Shown: positions 38,955 through 50,589, counted from the stretch's first letter. The stretch is 64,000 bases of DNA from Simkaniaceae bacterium (GCA_050248615.1 JBFWSA010000002.1:16457-80456); one strand, 5' to 3'. Notes: generated by a model from the sequence alone, not told the origin. Numbers and translations are program-made.

Positions 38955-40002
38955 TTTTAGGGCTTCCTAAATTATTTGCTTTTTTTCGCATGTTGCATTT
39001 TTTGCATACTTCATTTTGGAGATAATTTTTTTGAAGGTTTTGATACGTCCTACTTAACCAAATATCTCCTATTGATTGGTTTTCGAGAGTTCCAAAGTCT
39101 CCTAGTTTTCTGCGGTCTTTGTCTGGAGCGCAACAGGGGTTAAACCGCCCTTCTGCGGAAACCCAGGCCTCTTGACCTAAGAATGGACAAACTCCTTCAG
39201 GAATGAGCTCTTCGGTCGCATGCTCATCCAGTTCGTAAATATTTTCAAGAAAGACCTTTTTTCCATCTGAGAGCCGGTATTTTTCAGCAGTTTCTTGGGC
39301 AAGGCGTGCAATATTATTCCATTTTCGAATTGCTTGAGGACTTCTTCGCATTGACTCGTTTTTCATTTCTTTTGTAAAAACCCACAAATGGTGCCCTTTG
39401 ACTCGATTTACTCCTAGAGAGGCAGCAAGTTTTACAACTTCTGGGATTTCTTCAATTCCTGTCTCAACAAAGGTAAGTTGAAATGTGATTCGACAAAAGT
39501 TGCCTCCATCTTGTGCAATAGTATCTCGCACTTGAATAAAATCTTTAACGTTCTGTACACGCTGCTCAAAATTGGAGCCAATCATGATGAGCTCCGAAGT
39601 TTTTTTAGTTGCCCCATTCCAGGAAATTTTGACATCCGAACCAATAGGAACAATCTTTTCAGCCCATTTTGCGGCTCCATATTTTGGAAAAGTTCCATTT
39701 GTCGTGAGGTTCATTTTGACATCAAATTCATGACACAATTCGATAATAGACTCAAAATGACGGTACAAAAGAGGTTCTCCCATTGTTGATGGAATAATTT
39801 CTCGGAGGGGAGTATCCTTTGCCTCTTCTAACACTTTACGGATTAACTGAATATCCATTCTCCGCCTCGGCCTTCCCTCTGCTTTACGTTGAGTTTGGCA
39901 AGTACTATAGATAGAGTGCTCCTCACACATGATACAACGGAGATTGCAATCATCAGGGTTCGTGTCAAATGTGATACGCCAAGGACCGGGTTTCTGGATC
40001 AT
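38929..40002 (-). CDS. Radical SAM protein with SPASM/twitch domain
   Basis: CNLRCIMC, MGEPL, TTNG; C-terminal CPF...PCC...CKKC. Confidence 0.92.
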   Translation of the reverse strand: MIQKPGPWRITFDTNPDDCNLRCIMCEEHSIYSTCQTQRKAEGRPRRRMDIQLIRKVLEEAKDTPLREIIPSTMGEPLLYRHFESIIELCHEFDVKMNLTTNGTFPKYGAAKWAEKIVPIGSDVKISWNGATKKTSELIMIGSNFEQRVQNVKDFIQVRDTIAQDGGNFCRITFQLTFVETGIEEIPEVVKLAASLGVNRVKGHHLWVFTKEMKNESMRRSPQAIRKWNNIARLAQETAEKYRLSDGKKVFLENIYELDEHATEELIPEGVCPFLGQEAWVSAEGRFNPCCAPDKDRRKLGDFGTLENQSIGDIWLSRTYQNLQKNYLQNEVCKKCNMRKKANNLGSPKSEDELAKI

Positions 40003-41362
40003 AAGCCTTCCTACTCCTTAGGATTTGTTGATAAAGCGAAGTCATGTGCTCAGCATGTTCTTCGATGCTTGGAATATGACCATCTGCTGACTGAATATAT
40101 CCTTTAGACTGAATACGTGACAAAAGCTGAGGGTCCTTGATAAGAACATCCATTTGCTCTGCGAGTTTTGTAGGGGAGCGATGCTCAAATAATAGTCCAT
40201 TGATTTTATGGTGAATATACTCTCTCATTCCTCCATAATCAGCTGTAATCACAGCAACCTGAGCTTCAAGAGCTTCATGTATAACAAGAGGGGAATTTTC
40301 TCCCCAAATTGAAGGGACCACAATAGCATCAATATGATTAAAAACATCCAATACAATATTTGTGTTGGAATATCCTCCCATCCATTGGATCCTTTTCTGA
40401 ACAGATAAAGGCATTTTTGAGACATAATCCTTTAAGGAATTTGTAAAAGGGTGAAGAGGAGAACCCCAAATTTTCAGCTCTGATTGGGGATGATTTAGCT
40501 TATGAAAGGCCTCCAATAAATGAAGAATACCTTTTGCTTGCTTGTGAGTTCCAATGTATCCAAAAGTGAAAGGCATGTTCTTCACCCTCAGCCTTCCGTG
40601 GAGTCTTTCTCGGTGAAAACCATAGTCTAGATAAACCATTTTTGAAGGAGAAATAGGCAGTCCATCCAAGAAGCGATTCATAAGATATTGGGAAGGAGCA
40701 TGGAACAGATCAATATTTGGCAATATATCATTACGGATATGATCCATGCGACGTTGGACCCAGCCCGTCCAGTAAGAAATGTCTTCTTGGTTATCTTGAG
40801 AGCTAAAATATCTCCAGTAACAGTTGCGGGCACACTTTTCATTTTCTTGAGAGTCACAAACAGGATAGAGCTCTTCCGTCTTAGAATTGATGGTTTGCAG
40901 AAACTGTCCTCTTGGGCACATAAGCCAAAAGTCGTGTAGAGTAAAAACAATCGGTAATCCTAATTGATGGGCTTCGTAGACAATAGATGTAGAAAGATGA
41001 TTGAGATGGCCAATATGGACAATATCAGGGTTGAATTCAATTGCGATTTTTCGAAATGCTTTATCAACAGCTGCATGTCGGTATCCATCTTTACTGTGGG
41101 CCATATTGATCCTAGCGATTTTTATTTCAGGACAGAGAGGATCAGAGCTCCAATTCACAGAGTATTCTTGTGCGTAGGCATTCTCTTCTCTTGTAAAAAC
41201 AATGACTTCATGCCCTTGATGAACCAACTTATTGCAAAGGGTTTGAGAGTAAACTTCTGATCCTGCAGAATAAAGAGGTGGATAGCCATGGATCACTTTT
41301 AAGATCTTCAAAATACTTTCCTTGCAGAAAATTCTTAGGCAAAAGATATTTAGAAACTTCAT
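39965..41362 (-). CDS. GT4 glycosyltransferase
   Basis: HGYPP..AGSEVY, TLHDFWLMCPRG, KGI, PSIWGENSPLVIHEA. Confidence 0.9.
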   Translation of the reverse strand: MKFLNIFCLRIFCKESILKILKVIHGYPPLYSAGSEVYSQTLCNKLVHQGHEVIVFTREENAYAQEYSVNWSSDPLCPEIKIARINMAHSKDGYRHAAVDKAFRKIAIEFNPDIVHIGHLNHLSTSIVYEAHQLGLPIVFTLHDFWLMCPRGQFLQTINSKTEELYPVCDSQENEKCARNCYWRYFSSQDNQEDISYWTGWVQRRMDHIRNDILPNIDLFHAPSQYLMNRFLDGLPISPSKMVYLDYGFHRERLHGRLRVKNMPFTFGYIGTHKQAKGILHLLEAFHKLNHPQSELKIWGSPLHPFTNSLKDYVSKMPLSVQKRIQWMGGYSNTNIVLDVFNHIDAIVVPSIWGENSPLVIHEALEAQVAVITADYGGMREYIHHKINGLLFEHRSPTKLAEQMDVLIKDPQLLSRIQSKGYIQSADGHIPSIEEHAEHMTSLYQQILRSRKAYDPETRSLAYHI

Positions 41363-41393
41363 TTTAGATCAATAGAAAATAGCTGGAAGTGCT

Positions 41394-42068
41394 ATGGCCG
41401 AGTTTATGGAACCAACGCTTATAACAGGTTTATTCTCAAAAAATGGGAACGAAATTCCCGGAAAGATTTTACATGAAGCCCACACTTCTTTAAAAGTTAA
41501 TAGTTGGTATAAAAGTCGTTTGCTTTTTCTTTCAGGAGACCGCTCTTCCACCTTAGCACTACAACAAATGGGGGTTCCAGTGTATCGAGTATTTGATGAT
41601 GCCCCAGGTTTCATTCAACAGGCTCCAGTATTTCGAATGAAACACTGGATGGTTTATCAGATGCTCAAAGAGCATAAAGAGATTCTTTGGATCGATTGGG
41701 ATACAATCAGTTTAAAGCCCTTAGACGACGCTTTTTTTGAATATTGTCGTCAAAAAAATACTCCTAAATTTGTTTTTATCCCAGGATACCATGCGACTGT
41801 TAATTGCAGTGTTTATTATGTAAATCAAACTTGGCTTTCAAGAATGGAAAAAAGTTTTTATCTACCAACAAAATATCCAAATGATGAGTTGATGTGGGCT
41901 AATATTCTTCCGAAAGATATCACAAAACGAGATGAATACTGGTGGGGAGAAAGGGTTGTTAATGTATGGCTTGAGAGTGAGTGTTGTTGGGTTAAATCTG
42001 AAACTTACTTTGCTCATATTAAAACATTTGATTATATTAAACACCTAAAACCTCAGAGAATATGTTAG
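41394..42068 (+). CDS. Hypothetical protein, possible GT-A nucleotide-sugar transferase
   Basis: MKH..ILWIDWD (DXD), NCSVYY, NDE. Confidence 0.6.
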   Translation: MAEFMEPTLITGLFSKNGNEIPGKILHEAHTSLKVNSWYKSRLLFLSGDRSSTLALQQMGVPVYRVFDDAPGFIQQAPVFRMKHWMVYQMLKEHKEILWIDWDTISLKPLDDAFFEYCRQKNTPKFVFIPGYHATVNCSVYYVNQTWLSRMEKSFYLPTKYPNDELMWANILPKDITKRDEYWWGERVVNVWLESECCWVKSETYFAHIKTFDYIKHLKPQRIC

Positions 42069-42277
42069 AAGAAATCTTTCTTATTAAAGGAGATAAAGCC
42101 TCTCTGTCGTGAGACCAATGAGATAGCTACTAGACAAGAAACCCAGATAGACTATCTTCTGGAGATAAGGTACAACTGCTCATTTCCCTTCCTCTTTTGA
42201 CAATTATAAACAACTGTTAAATCATTAATTATATTATTTTTATTTATTATTAAAAATATTTTTTTAATCTTTCGTGA

Positions 42278-45200
42278 CTAAGGAAGAGCCTTCGTAATAG
42301 TGGGGATCATGCTTGAAGGAATGGGATCCTTTCCTCCATTTGCCACCTCTGCAGCTTCAATATAGTTAAGGGTTGTTGCTGCATTACCACTATCATGCCA
42401 AGGATAGGCTTTTGAGTTTTTTTGATTCTCTCCTTGATACCAATCGAGTATTCCTTTCGCAAAGTTTGGGCTATAACGGGCAACCATTGGTAATATCGTT
42501 GGAATAATCGAGGAAATTCCTGCTCGTTTGGTAGGGTCAGCCCAGTCCTGCTCTTGAAACATCGGACTGTTTTTTAACTCACTCCAAGTGGGTGGAGTGG
42601 TTGTAAAAACCCCTGGAAACAGGGTATCTACTACCTTTTGGGCTGTGAGTGGATCGATAGCAGTTGGCAAAGTATTGATTCCCTGCATACATGCAGCACC
42701 TAAGGGAAGAAGGGCCGGATCTTTTCCTGGGCCCCACCAAGTGGCTGAAGTTTTTTTTCTGACAAAGGAGATGTTTGAAAGAGCAATCTCTTTGCCATAT
42801 TCTTGCATCTCTGCACTTGCGAGGGGATCTTGATAAATCGAACCTGCATAAGCAGGGTCTCTAAACATTTGTGAAGATCTCACAGTTTCTATGGCATGAT
42901 TCAACTGATAATCGCGATCTGCTGTATAAGAGTTTTTTAATGTAGGGTCAGTGGCTCCAGTAGCTTGCTGGCTAAACCACTGCGCAGCTCCTTGATTAAA
43001 GTTCAGAGCTTCCGCTGTAGATTCTAGGTCTTGCCCATCAGCGGTGGGAAGATTCCATCCATGGCTCTTAAATTCATGTGTATCGTTATCTAATTGACTT
43101 CCCGCTGTAAACATACCAGATGCTGAGTTCCCCGGGCGAACATCAACTTCATTGATGAGGGCATCAATGAGGCGTGAGCGATACTGAGGCTGGTCAATAG
43201 ATCCTTTTGTCTGTATATCCCATACTTCTGGGGTTGTTGCTTGAGGAGTTTCAAAAAAACTGGGATCAACTTGCCGGATATTAGCTGCCGCTTGAATCAC
43301 ATATCCATTCGTAAATTGAATATCTTGTCCAAGATTATTATAAAAGTTCCCTGCACCATCAACTGCTCCAAATTTTGAAACAAGAAGGTGGTGCTTTGGA
43401 TCCCATCCATAGGATTCCAACATATCAGACATTTTTGTTTCAGCAGCTTGGATAAATATCTGCTCTGTTTGCTGCAATTGACTCAGTTGCTCAGGAGAAA
43501 GCATTAATTTCCCAGAAGAAGCTAGATCTAAAAGTTTCTGGGCTTCACGTGCTGTATAGGAGTCGGTTTGCATCTCTTGAGCAAAAGCATAATCATTGAT
43601 TTCCATAATGGGGTTTGGTTTTAGTGTGGGATTTGTGAGAGCTCCAACCATTGCATTTAACTGATCTGTAGAGGCCTGATCCATCCAGTCTACAGCTGCT
43701 GTTGGCCGATTATTGCTATCACATAGACCATAGTTATTGCTATCTTTGTACTGTATGGTCGCAGAATAGGTCCCATCTTTATTTTGCGTGGGAGCAAGTG
43801 CAACGATCCGTTCGACCCCATTCATCGTTTGATAATAGGGCATTCCATTTTCATAGTCTTGGAGTGTTGGTTTTTGGGGAGAATCCATATTCTTATAATT
43901 ATTATAGAGCTGTCCGATATAGGCTTGATTGGAAGCTCCAGGGAAATCCATAGAATAAAAAGTATAGGTTGTGGAATACGTTGCTTGACCATTTTGCATT
44001 GCGGTCTTTCCAACATCACTACTAAGTGGAATGTATCGCACTCCTTGATCTATTCCTAGGCCAAAAGTTTGAGCTAAAGGATCTTTTCCTCCCGCTTTCA
44101 ACTGCGTCACAGTTGCAGCTGATATTTTAGCAACAACAGTGACTTCCTTTCCTTGACCCATTGTGCCTACTAATTCATTTACATTTCCTTCTGGGACCTT
44201 AACAGTTGCAGAGTAATAGTTAAGAGGGGTAGGTAGTTGGGGATCCAGTTTCCGTGCATCACTTTCTGTGATGTATTGCCCCTGTTGCGCAGGAGGAATT
44301 TGCCCATCAGGAACGATGATTTTCGTTGTAGAGCTTTTTAAAGTAAATGCCTGAGGGGTGTCTGTGTAAATGCTATAATATTCTAAGGCGCCATTGGCAT
44401 CTGTGACTGCTACACGAAAAAGCTGTCCCTTGGGTGTTGTTCCTGATGTTGTACTCCCTTCAGAAACCCACTGACCTCCTGCATTCGCATAAACCGTGAC
44501 TCCTACAATTGTTCCGCAATGAAAGTTGACGGTTGGGGCGGTGTTTTCTGTAAAAACGGGCATGTAGGGAGAGTTTTTAACAATCGGGATCGTTACACTA
44601 CTTCCATCCCCATTTTTCTGCTGGTAAACAACAGAGTTTTGCCCTGTTGGAGTCAGTGTTCCGAGGGGATTCATGGGCCCATTCGTCCCAAGAGGAGAAG
44701 AGGCTCCTCCAATTTCTGTATCTATTGTGCTTCCCGCTTGATAGGATAGAGTACGTCCGTCCCAATTCACCTTAGGATCATCCCTATCGATTTGAAAAGC
44801 TTCTGAATTCTCAAAAACAATCCCAGTCCCCGTATTTCCTATGTTATAGATCCCTTGATTGCCTTTTGGATTTAAGTTTCCTTGGGGAATAGAAGCTAAA
44901 ACATACACTGTATCTCCAACCTCTAAGGTTCCATTTTCTAAAAAATGGTTATCATTTTCCCCTTTCTGTTCATGTTTGTCTTGATGTTCAATATTGGATC
45001 CATAGGTAGGGAACAGTTCAGGATACCGCTTATAATAAGCTTCGATACTATCGATGGACATTGAAGGGGGGGTAAAAGAAGGAGGTGTTCCTTTAGGTGT
45101 CACTGTAATGGCTAAACTATGGGCAGTGGCATTTCCTAGAATTTGCCACCATGAAGACAACGGGGCATTTTCAGAGCTAGGGATCGAAGGCTGAAATGTT

Positions 45201-46003
45201 AATGCACCCTTATCTTGAGGAAATAGAGAAATGGGTGTGGAGTAGTTGATGCTCTTATAGGGATCCATCTGATCCATTCCCGGATTGTCAATAGAGACAG
45301 GATTTAGGGGATCATGGTCTTGGATGAGCTTAGGTAACTGGCTGATCTGCTGCAAATTTGGAGGGGGAAACCCAAGCTTACTGGCAAATTCTTGTAAAAA
45401 GACCTGGGCTTCGGTAGGACTTAAGCTAGAAACTTCATTTCTAAACTCTGTTTTTTGTTCTTCTGACATAATGGTGTCAGGAAGGGGATCAACTTGGTGT
45501 GAAATGCCAACCAAAAGAGCTTGAATACTCGTGGGAATATTTTCTTGCATTCCTTTTAGTGCTGCGCCAAAACCTGATTGGATTCCTCCAACATCCCCTC
45601 GCGTAACACCACCTGAAGAAACCCCGAAATGCCAATGGTAATCTATCCCTTCTTTTTGCAATTGCCCCGCAGTTAAATATTGCTGTAAAGCGGCATCAAA
45701 CCCCTGGCGATCTGCGTCCATATTTTCTTGAAATGCATTAATCCCATTTTCAATATTTGTCTTTAAATTTGCCGTATTTTCTCCCCCTGTTTGTTTATCC
45801 CACTCCTGATAATCACTATAAATAGTATCAGCAAGAGCAGAGGGTTCCACGGTAGATACTTTTCCACTAGGGATTGTTTCAAAGGCACCTAAGAGCTCAT
45901 TCATGAACGTATAAAGTGCAACAGATCGGTTAGATTGACTGACGTTTGATGCGTGATTTTCTGTAAATAAAGAAGGTCGGTTTTCCTGAATAGAATAGCC
46001 CAT
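42278..46003 (-). CDS. Large protein with divergent GH81 (endo-beta-1,3-glucanase)-like domain
   Basis: IVKNSPYM, YQTMNG, YGWD, QDIQFTNGYVIQAAA..DPSF and DGQDLESTAEALN occur in GH81 motif order; no signal peptide. Confidence 0.7.
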   Translation of the reverse strand: MGYSIQENRPSLFTENHASNVSQSNRSVALYTFMNELLGAFETIPSGKVSTVEPSALADTIYSDYQEWDKQTGGENTANLKTNIENGINAFQENMDADRQGFDAALQQYLTAGQLQKEGIDYHWHFGVSSGGVTRGDVGGIQSGFGAALKGMQENIPTSIQALLVGISHQVDPLPDTIMSEEQKTEFRNEVSSLSPTEAQVFLQEFASKLGFPPPNLQQISQLPKLIQDHDPLNPVSIDNPGMDQMDPYKSINYSTPISLFPQDKGALTFQPSIPSSENAPLSSWWQILGNATAHSLAITVTPKGTPPSFTPPSMSIDSIEAYYKRYPELFPTYGSNIEHQDKHEQKGENDNHFLENGTLEVGDTVYVLASIPQGNLNPKGNQGIYNIGNTGTGIVFENSEAFQIDRDDPKVNWDGRTLSYQAGSTIDTEIGGASSPLGTNGPMNPLGTLTPTGQNSVVYQQKNGDGSSVTIPIVKNSPYMPVFTENTAPTVNFHCGTIVGVTVYANAGGQWVSEGSTTSGTTPKGQLFRVAVTDANGALEYYSIYTDTPQAFTLKSSTTKIIVPDGQIPPAQQGQYITESDARKLDPQLPTPLNYYSATVKVPEGNVNELVGTMGQGKEVTVVAKISAATVTQLKAGGKDPLAQTFGLGIDQGVRYIPLSSDVGKTAMQNGQATYSTTYTFYSMDFPGASNQAYIGQLYNNYKNMDSPQKPTLQDYENGMPYYQTMNGVERIVALAPTQNKDGTYSATIQYKDSNNYGLCDSNNRPTAAVDWMDQASTDQLNAMVGALTNPTLKPNPIMEINDYAFAQEMQTDSYTAREAQKLLDLASSGKLMLSPEQLSQLQQTEQIFIQAAETKMSDMLESYGWDPKHHLLVSKFGAVDGAGNFYNNLGQDIQFTNGYVIQAAANIRQVDPSFFETPQATTPEVWDIQTKGSIDQPQYRSRLIDALINEVDVRPGNSASGMFTAGSQLDNDTHEFKSHGWNLPTADGQDLESTAEALNFNQGAAQWFSQQATGATDPTLKNSYTADRDYQLNHAIETVRSSQMFRDPAYAGSIYQDPLASAEMQEYGKEIALSNISFVRKKTSATWWGPGKDPALLPLGAACMQGINTLPTAIDPLTAQKVVDTLFPGVFTTTPPTWSELKNSPMFQEQDWADPTKRAGISSIIPTILPMVARYSPNFAKGILDWYQGENQKNSKAYPWHDSGNAATTLNYIEAAEVANGGKDPIPSSMIPTITKALP

Positions 46004-46147
46004 AAAATAACCCCTATTTGGGGGACTATTGCGTACTAGAAAGTCATCGTCAAATAACCTTTTCGTTGCAACAATCCTTTGTGCAAAATGATCTCAAACA
46101 AGAAATAATTTTAGAGCATCGTGCTTTTTATTTATACCTTTTAGGGG

Positions 46148-48139
46148 TTAAAGGGGATTGTCTTCCAAAAGCTGGAGATCTTCGTAGTATTTCTTGAGAT
46201 CTCGGAAACGGGCGGCATCTTCGAAGCGCAGCTCTTTGGCAGCTTGTTTCATCTCTTGGGTGCACTCTTCGATTTTGTTTCGAATCTCTTTAGGATCAAA
46301 GGTGGGTTTGGCCTCTTTTTCTTCTTTGACTTTATATTCTGGGAAGGCGGTGGTTAAGTCTTCAAGGATCTCTTTGGTGATGGTTTGGGGAACAATCCCC
46401 TCTTTTTTATTGTATGCTTCTTGAACTTTGCGCCTTTCTTGAGTGATACGAAGGGTGTTTGCGATAGATTTGGTCTCTTTATCGGCGTACATGATCACCC
46501 GCCCAGCACTATTACGCGCTGCCCGCCCGCAGGTTTGGATAAGGGCGGTTTCACTACGCAAAAATCCCTCTTTATCGGCATCTAAAATCGCAACGAGGGA
46601 AACTTCGGGAATGTCAAGCCCCTCTCGCAAAAGGTTAATCCCTACGAGGACATCAAATACGCCACGACGGAGATCTTTGATGATCTCTACACGCTCTAAG
46701 GTATCGATATCGGAGTGGAGGTATTTGGCTTTAACGCCGATTTCTGTGAGGTATTTACTGAGGTCTTCAGAAAGTTTTTTGGTGAGGGTGGTGACAAGAA
46801 TGCGCCCCCCTTTTTCAGCTTCAATACGGATTTCATCCAAGCAGTCATCCACTTGATTAGAGGCGGGGCGCACTTCAATGATCGGATCGATTAAGCCTGT
46901 GGGACGGATAATTTGTTGAACAACATCGCCTTCGGCTTCATTGATTTCCCAAGGACCCGGGGTGGCCGAAACATAAACGACTTGGCGGATATGGTGGTGG
47001 AATTCTTCAAATGTCAAAGGGCGGTTATCATAAGCGGAAGGGAGACGAAAACCAAAGTCAACAAGAGCTTGTTTACGCGCCCGATCTCCATTATGCATGG
47101 CATGAATTTGTGGAAGTGTCTGGTGGGATTCATCTACAAAAAGGAGATAGTCTTTAGGAAAGTAGTCGAGAAGACAAGCGGGGGGCTCCCCAGCATTTCT
47201 TTTTCCAAAATGGCGCGAATAGTTTTCTACTCCCTTGCAATAACCGATCTCTTTGATCATTTCGAGATCGTATTTGGTGCGCTGGGCAATGCGTTGTTTT
47301 TCTACAAGGAGGTTTTCCCTATCAAAATAAGCGATCCGTTCTTTGAGCTCTTCTTTGATCGTTTCTATAGCGCTTAGTCGAACCTCTTCGGGGGTCACAT
47401 GGTGAGAACCTGGATAAATGGAAACGGCTTTTACCCGTCTTTTCACGCGACCGGTTAAAGGGTCTATTTCGCTAATACGCTCGACTTCATCCCCAAAAAA
47501 TTCGATCCGAAAAGCGAGATCGTCTTCGTAAGCGGGAACAATTTCTAAAATGTCTCCTCTTACACGAAAATGGGTGCGGGTGAGCTCATAATCATTGCGC
47601 TCATATTGGAGTTCGATCAAATGGAGCAAGACATCATCGCGTCGATAACTTCCTCCTGTTTCTAAGGTGAGCTTCATTTCGCGAAAGTATTCGGGAAGGC
47701 CTAATCCATAGATACAAGAGACCGAAGCGATGATGATTACATCTTCCCGCTCTAATAAGGAGCAGGTCGCACGAAGGCGCAATTTTTCAATCCGATCATT
47801 GATCGATAAGTCTTTTTCAATATAGGTATCGGTCCGGGGAACATAGGCTTCGGGCTGGTAGTAATCATAGTAGGAGACAAAATACTCAACCGCATTGTTA
47901 GGAAAGAGGGTTTTGAATTCTTGGTAAAGCTGCGCCGCTAAGGTTTTATTATGGGCTAAAACAAGAGAGGGTTTTTGCGTTTTCGCAATCACATGGGCCA
48001 TGGTAAATGTCTTTCCAGACCCGGTGATTCCTAAAAGCACTTGCGCCTTTTTTCCTCGCGTCACTCCTTCGGTCAGCGCCTCAATGGCTTTCTCTTGATC
48101 TCCTCTGGGTTTATAAGGGGATACTAAGTCGAAGTTCAT
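46148..48139 (-). CDS. uvrB: Excinuclease ABC subunit B
   Basis: [33 protein letters not shown]-terminal UVR motif. Confidence 0.98.
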   Translation of the reverse strand: MNFDLVSPYKPRGDQEKAIEALTEGVTRGKKAQVLLGITGSGKTFTMAHVIAKTQKPSLVLAHNKTLAAQLYQEFKTLFPNNAVEYFVSYYDYYQPEAYVPRTDTYIEKDLSINDRIEKLRLRATCSLLEREDVIIIASVSCIYGLGLPEYFREMKLTLETGGSYRRDDVLLHLIELQYERNDYELTRTHFRVRGDILEIVPAYEDDLAFRIEFFGDEVERISEIDPLTGRVKRRVKAVSIYPGSHHVTPEEVRLSAIETIKEELKERIAYFDRENLLVEKQRIAQRTKYDLEMIKEIGYCKGVENYSRHFGKRNAGEPPACLLDYFPKDYLLFVDESHQTLPQIHAMHNGDRARKQALVDFGFRLPSAYDNRPLTFEEFHHHIRQVVYVSATPGPWEINEAEGDVVQQIIRPTGLIDPIIEVRPASNQVDDCLDEIRIEAEKGGRILVTTLTKKLSEDLSKYLTEIGVKAKYLHSDIDTLERVEIIKDLRRGVFDVLVGINLLREGLDIPEVSLVAILDADKEGFLRSETALIQTCGRAARNSAGRVIMYADKETKSIANTLRITQERRKVQEAYNKKEGIVPQTITKEILEDLTTAFPEYKVKEEKEAKPTFDPKEIRNKIEECTQEMKQAAKELRFEDAARFRDLKKYYEDLQLLEDNPL

Positions 48140-49350
48140 TGCAAGTATTTAGAAATTAAAGGTTGAAAACTCCCCCATTGCTGGAGAATGTCCACGACAA
48201 CAATGAAGAAGGCAAAAAGAATCACAAAAATCAGGAGAATCCTCCCCCAAAATGTGGAATAAAACCGAGGCTCTTTGAGCTTCCAAGCCATCATGGCCGG
48301 TAAAAAGATTAGAAGTATCGCCACAAAAGCGCCCGCATATTCAAGGGCAACAAAAAACCCTCGTTGGTAGGTGAAGACAAAAACTAGAGGAGGGACAAAG
48401 GTTAAAACACAGGCAAAGAGTCGTCCTTCCCAACTTTTTTTGATCTTAAAGCCGTCGGTTAAGAAGTCAGAGAGACTGAGAGTGACCCCCAAAAAGGAGG
48501 TAACAATCGCAAAAAAGGAGAAAAAGTGAGCCCCTATTGTAATCCATTTGCTCTTCAAAATTTGGGTGAGAGGTTGGGTAGCAGAAGCCCCTGCTCGCCA
48601 AGCTTCTACTAAGCTCTCTTTCCCTTCAATCGGAACGACACCTAAAATCAATACCTGCCATAAAATATAAATGATCAAGGGAAGTAAGCTGCCAATCATT
48701 AAGATCCAGCGCAGCTTTTTCCGATCATGATGCATGTAGGTGGTCAAGCTAGGAATAATAATGTGGTATCCAAATGAAGTGATCACCACGGGAAAAACCA
48801 CAAGAATCGGGGACCAGTCTGTATGCGTTAAGAGGGTATTATCGATATGCTCAGGAAGAAATCCTACCAAAAGGAAGTAAGAAACACCTAGACCTAACAT
48901 CAGCAGGCGGTTGATCACATCCACACCTAGGGTTCCCAAATAAACAAAACTCCCAAAAATAAGAGGAAGGGCAAAAGGGGAAAGCCAATCTGGAAGAGCA
49001 TACCCTGTCACATACTCAATTGCGGAAGAAAATAGGGGGGCACTTGCTGCAATATAAGCTGCGGTTAATGAATACAGGAGTAAAAGGTAGACAACCCAAC
49101 TGAGAACTTTTCCCCACCCCCCTAACGTCTTGTGAACCATGGAAATTAAGTTGGGTTCTCCTTCAACAGCAAAGTTTGCATCTAAAAAGAAAAAGGCTGT
49201 AGAGAGCATCACTAACCAGCAGAGTAAAAAAATCACCAAGGAGGGAAAAAAGCCTACGAACGCACTCATGACAGGAAGGGCTAGCATCCCTGCACCAATG
49301 GTTGTTCCAGCTACAAGTAAAATGCCTCCAATAAAGTGATTGATTTTCAT
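48136..49350 (-). CDS. tyrP: Aromatic amino acid permease (TyrP/Mtr family)
   Basis: [28 protein letters not shown]. Confidence 0.9.
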   Translation of the reverse strand: MKINHFIGGILLVAGTTIGAGMLALPVMSAFVGFFPSLVIFLLCWLVMLSTAFFFLDANFAVEGEPNLISMVHKTLGGWGKVLSWVVYLLLLYSLTAAYIAASAPLFSSAIEYVTGYALPDWLSPFALPLIFGSFVYLGTLGVDVINRLLMLGLGVSYFLLVGFLPEHIDNTLLTHTDWSPILVVFPVVITSFGYHIIIPSLTTYMHHDRKKLRWILMIGSLLPLIIYILWQVLILGVVPIEGKESLVEAWRAGASATQPLTQILKSKWITIGAHFFSFFAIVTSFLGVTLSLSDFLTDGFKIKKSWEGRLFACVLTFVPPLVFVFTYQRGFFVALEYAGAFVAILLIFLPAMMAWKLKEPRFYSTFWGRILLIFVILFAFFIVVVDILQQWGSFQPLISKYLQ

Positions 49351-49364
49351 GTGTCTCCCTTAGG

Positions 49365-50576
49365 TTAGGGTTTAGGAAAAATGGGAATGTTTAGCATCCC
49401 AGTAACTTGATAGAAAAAAATAAAGGATGCCACGAGTAAAATGGAGAGAAGGACAAGCTTTCCACCAGGGACACGATCGGATAAAAGCTTTTGCTTTTGA
49501 TAGCGCCCTATCCAGGTCATGAGGGCAGGCAAAATTCCAAAGAGAACAATGGCACAAATCCCCCCTGCAAAATTGATGGCCTGAAAAAAGATTTCAGGAA
49601 AAAGCATCGTAAAAATTAAAGGGGGAATGAGAGCTAGAGCGCACATCCAAATATTTTCTCGCTCTTTTTTGTTTACCTTGAAGCCATCGCCCAAAAAATG
49701 AGAAAGGCTGAGGGCTTGAGCAAGAAATGAGGTTAAGATTGCAAAGAATGCTAGCCCCTGTGCAGAAAACCCAATCACATTCAAACCCGCATACAGGCGG
49801 ATCGCTTGAGCCGCATCGATATCTTTTTTATAACTTGCAAGGATCTCTTCTAAGGGAAGAATACCAATAGCAGTCAGCTCCCAAATCAAATAGATGACAA
49901 AAGCAAAAATGGATCCAGCATAAATCGTTTTGCGGACTCTTTTTCGATCTCCTCCCATATACTGCATCAGGACGGGAATCATATTATGAAACCCAAAGGA
50001 AATAATCAAAATAGGAAAAGTAAAAAGAGCATACTTCGGTTCCCAGTGGAGGAGTAAGCGGGGGGTGATGTATTGAAGGCCAAAAAAGATTAAAACCACA
50101 AAGGCAAAGATTTTTCCAATCATTAAGTAACGATTGACGTAATCGACACTTCTTGTTCCCAGGTAAACAATCCACCCAAAAACAATGACAAAGAATAGAG
50201 TCCCTCCCCAATTGGGAAGGAGGAAACCCAATAGATTGTGCGCAACCAAAGTGGCATGATTACCACTAGCAGACATATAGGCAACTAAGAGAGCATAAAA
50301 AAGAAAAAGATAGAGGACCCAGCAAAGGAGTTTGCCCAAGGGACCTAGCGTATGCTCCACCATAGAAATCATATTGACGGGTTTATCAAACCATCCCAGA
50401 ATTTCCACCATTAAGAGAGCAGTTGTTGTCATAAAAAGCCACGCAACCACAAACATAATGAAGGAGGGGAAAAAACCTGCCATTCCAGTTAGAATGGGAA
50501 GGCCAAGCATTCCTGCACCAATACAACTTCCTGCGATGAGAAGTGTCCCCCCGAGCACACTTCCTTTCTTCTTCAT
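49365..50576 (-). CDS. tyrP: Aromatic amino acid permease (TyrP/Mtr family), second copy
   Basis: GSCIGAGMLGLP, SFGFHNMIP, TSFL. Confidence 0.88.
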   Translation of the reverse strand: MKKKGSVLGGTLLIAGSCIGAGMLGLPILTGMAGFFPSFIMFVVAWLFMTTTALLMVEILGWFDKPVNMISMVEHTLGPLGKLLCWVLYLFLFYALLVAYMSASGNHATLVAHNLLGFLLPNWGGTLFFVIVFGWIVYLGTRSVDYVNRYLMIGKIFAFVVLIFFGLQYITPRLLLHWEPKYALFTFPILIISFGFHNMIPVLMQYMGGDRKRVRKTIYAGSIFAFVIYLIWELTAIGILPLEEILASYKKDIDAAQAIRLYAGLNVIGFSAQGLAFFAILTSFLAQALSLSHFLGDGFKVNKKERENIWMCALALIPPLIFTMLFPEIFFQAINFAGGICAIVLFGILPALMTWIGRYQKQKLLSDRVPGGKLVLLSILLVASFIFFYQVTGMLNIPIFPKP

Positions 50577-50589
50577 GAGCTTTTCCCGT

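Noticed and set aside
42069..42277. Possible precursor peptide or att site at the island's right edge
   Set aside because: Only very short ORFs, and no direct repeat matching the left boundary was found by eye.
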